Source: Faecousia sp.
GTDB lineage: Bacteria; Bacillota; Clostridia; Oscillospirales; Oscillospiraceae
Length of the DNA: 32,000 bases
Direction of reading: 5' to 3'
NCBI GenBank assembly: GCA_045580365.1
Contig: JAZNNP010000010.1
Location: forward strand, 14,384-46,383
Part shown: piece after piece, positions 31,241-32,000 of the stretch
How positions within the stretch are numbered: the stretch's first letter is position 1
Layout: every line of letters starts with the position of its first letter
Notes under the pieces: model-generated
The model's input: the letters and a program-made list of their open reading frames with translations, nothing else
The model's database searches: none
What the model was told of the DNA's origin: nothing
Position numbers and translations under genes: made by a program

Positions 31241-31474
31241 ATGAACGATTATTTGGAAGGCGAGCGGTTTGTACACAATTTGTGTTTTCTTCGCAAGAAG
31301 TATGGCGTGCCGCAAAAATCCTTGGCTGCGCTGGCCGGCATCAGCCTGCCGATCCTGCGGCTGACGGAACGGGGGCAAGTAGTGCCCCGGTTAACACAGG
31401 AGCAACTGACGCGGCTTTGTCAAATTTTCAATATTACACCGAACGCTCTTTTGCAAACCGATCTCACAAAATGA
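31241..31474 (+). CDS. XRE-family helix-turn-helix transcriptional regulator, 77 aa
   Basis: LRKKYGVPQKSLAALAGISLPILRLTERGQ...LTRLCQIFNITPNALL matches the HTH_3 pattern. RBS is aagaggtg. Confidence 0.7.
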   Translation: MNDYLEGERFVHNLCFLRKKYGVPQKSLAALAGISLPILRLTERGQVVPRLTQEQLTRLCQIFNITPNALLQTDLTK

Positions 31475-31475
31475 C

Positions 31476-31512
31476 AATCACCGCCGTACGGGTTCGTACG
31501 GCGGTGTGCGTT
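31476..31512. repeat. 37-bp direct repeat, copy 2 (terminator hairpin between XRE gene and plsC)
   Basis: Identical to 30963..30999. Its last bases contribute to the plsC stop codon, just as copy 1 contributes to the RHH stop codon. Confidence 0.95.
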
Positions 31513-32000
31513 TACAGGTGGGCATCCATACATTCCTGGATGCGGCCTTTCACCAGAGCGGCCAGATCCACGGTGGACAGATCCTTGAATTCCTCGTAGG
31601 GGATGGCAGGCAGGTAGTGCATCTGAGCCTTCAGCGGATGGCTGCCCTTGTGGTCCAGGGGCTGGAAACAGTCGATATAGCAGATGGGCACGATGGGGCA
31701 CTTGGCCTTCAGCGCGCAGCGGAAGCTGCCGCCGTGGAATTCGCCCATGATGTTGCCGTTTTTGCTCCGGGTGCCCTCGGGGAAAATGAGGAACCGGCGG
31801 CCATCCTTCACATCCTGGGTCACGGCCTGGATCACTTTCAGACTTTGGCGCACATCGCTGCGATCCATGGGATACGAGCCGGTGCAGCGCATGATCTGCT
31901 TCAGCAGGGGCACATCCTTCAGTTCCTGCTTCAGCACCGCGGCAATGGCGGTGGGGCAGGTGGCGGCGATAGCCACGATGTCAAACATACCCTGGTGGTT
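31512..32000 (-). CDS. plsC: 1-acyl-sn-glycerol-3-phosphate acyltransferase (PlsC family), 5' end outside window
   Basis: The frame stays open to nt 32000. The HX4D catalytic motif is readable at the window edge (NHQGMFD), and the FPEGTRS motif lies downstream. Confidence 0.85.
   Translation of the reverse strand, partial: NHQGMFDIVAIAATCPTAIAAVLKQELKDVPLLKQIMRCTGSYPMDRSDVRQSLKVIQAVTQDVKDGRRFLIFPEGTRSKNGNIMGEFHGGSFRCALKAKCPIVPICYIDCFQPLDHKGSHPLKAQMHYLPAIPYEEFKDLSTVDLAALVKGRIQECMDAHL

Noticed and set aside
30147-31474. GH25 lysozyme + RHH + XRE read as a prophage lysis/lysogeny remnant
   Set aside because: The GH25 gene has its own native-style promoter and terminator and lies outside the repeat-bracketed cassette. 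No holin, integrase, or structural or replication genes are present. The evidence is insufficient beyond the cassette observation reported separately.

Overview
High-GC chromosomal segment with the gene content and promoter/RBS style of Bacillota, probably a Clostridia/Oscillospiraceae-like gut organism; the taxonomy is inference only. All calls come from reading the sequence and from motif recognition by memory, since no searches were possible. Most of the window is housekeeping. It holds a 5'-truncated S1-type serine protease, an MFS-GDPD operon, and a THF-riboswitch-controlled FolT-like ECF S-component. It also holds capA, holB-ricT, ansA, galE, a DagK-family kinase, and the lspA-rluD-queH-THUMP methylase string. 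Further on are a Cthe_2159-type lipoprotein, mtaB plus a Cof hydrolase, a tRNA-Gly/Arg/His operon, alaX, gap, a PPTase, tatD, gluQ, a sugar nucleotidyltransferase, a GH25 muramidase and a 5'-truncated plsC. Four things stand out. (1) A lower-GC three-gene island (11.6-14.6 kb) encodes a GtrA-family membrane protein, a stand-alone RyR-domain protein, and a 690-aa protein with a degenerate TIR-like domain, a canonical TIR domain, Sel1 repeats and a TPR solenoid. It matches no named defence system I know and is my best candidate for an undescribed conflict module. (2) A 513-bp two-gene cassette (an unlisted 49-aa RHH protein plus an XRE HTH protein, divergent) is bracketed by perfect 37-bp direct repeats of a terminator hairpin. 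(3) A modular family of GC-rich hairpin repeats (REP-like) occupies several intergenic regions. (4) The riboswitch-controlled FolT-like S-component is fused to an extra TM helix and a roughly 128-aa C-terminal domain. Many long ORFs in the track are antisense artefacts of high GC content and were rejected.
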